A stretch of 64,000 nucleotides of DNA from contig OZ210884.1 in assembly GCA_964658305.1 (NCBI GenBank), positions 8,370,001 to 8,434,000 on the forward strand. Reading direction: 5' to 3'. Under the pieces are notes generated by a model. That model ran no database searches, was not told the DNA's origin, and worked only from the letters and a program-made list of their open reading frames with translations. Both the position numbers and the translations under genes were made by a program. Numbering within the stretch: position 1 is the first letter of the stretch; each line of letters begins with the position of its first letter. The stretch is from Leptogorgia sarmentosa (Eukaryota). Positions 63,697 through 64,000 of the stretch are shown here, piece after piece.

Positions 63697-64000
63697 CCAC
63701 TTTTCCAGCCTAACCGCAACTTTTCCAGCCTAACCCCAACCTTTTCCAGCCAAACCCCAACCTTTTCCAGCCTAACCCCAACCTTTTCCAGCCTAACCCC
63801 AACCTTTTCCAGCCTAACCACAACCTTTTCCAGCTTAACCGCAACCTTTTCCAGCCTAACCGCAACCTTTTCCAGCCTAACGCCAACCTTTTCCAGCCTA
63901 ACCCCAACCTTTTCCAGCCTAACCCCAACCTTTTCCAGCCTAACCCCAACCTTTTCCAGCCTAACCCCACCCTTTTCCAGCCTAACCCCAACCTTTTCCA
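63697..64000. repeat. Second copy of 21-mer array B, truncated by the window end
   Basis: Same order of monomer variants as 45823-46126 (ccaaacc, ccacaa, gcttaa, aacgcc). Confidence 0.95.

Larger units (their letters stand above)
60805..64000. repeat. Segmental duplication, copy 2 (partner 42931-46126); continues beyond the window
   Basis: Shared private variants and cassette at offset 17,874. Confidence 0.95.

Overview
About 95% of this window is one eukaryotic tandem satellite built from alternating 20-bp (CCTAACCGCAACCTTTCCAG) and 21-bp (CCTAACCCCASCCTTTTCCWG) monomers, forming a 41-bp dimer. The + strand is very C-rich and every monomer carries a telomere-like GCCTAACC core (GGTTAGGC on the - strand). 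Rare variant monomers reveal nested kb-scale duplications (offsets about 2.5, 2.6, 8.9, 9.4, 9.6, 17.6, 17.9 and 24.3 kb). The array is interrupted by a non-satellite cassette. It contains (i) a ~0.9-kb captured piece of a housekeeping locus: a probable bidirectional promoter, the first three exons of a disabled, intron-containing MFAP1 gene on +, and a possible divergent first exon on -; (ii) two canonical CCCTAA repeats and a ~27-copy array of 21-mers; and (iii) ~1.14 copies of an unidentified ~751-bp repeat unit with ~158-bp sub-repeats carrying NRF1-type palindromes. Parts (i) and (ii) recur 17,874 bp downstream, apparently identical, and that copy is cut by the window end. No intact protein-coding gene is present. 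The host is probably an animal, and a TTAGGG telomere and (sub)telomeric location are inferred, not shown.
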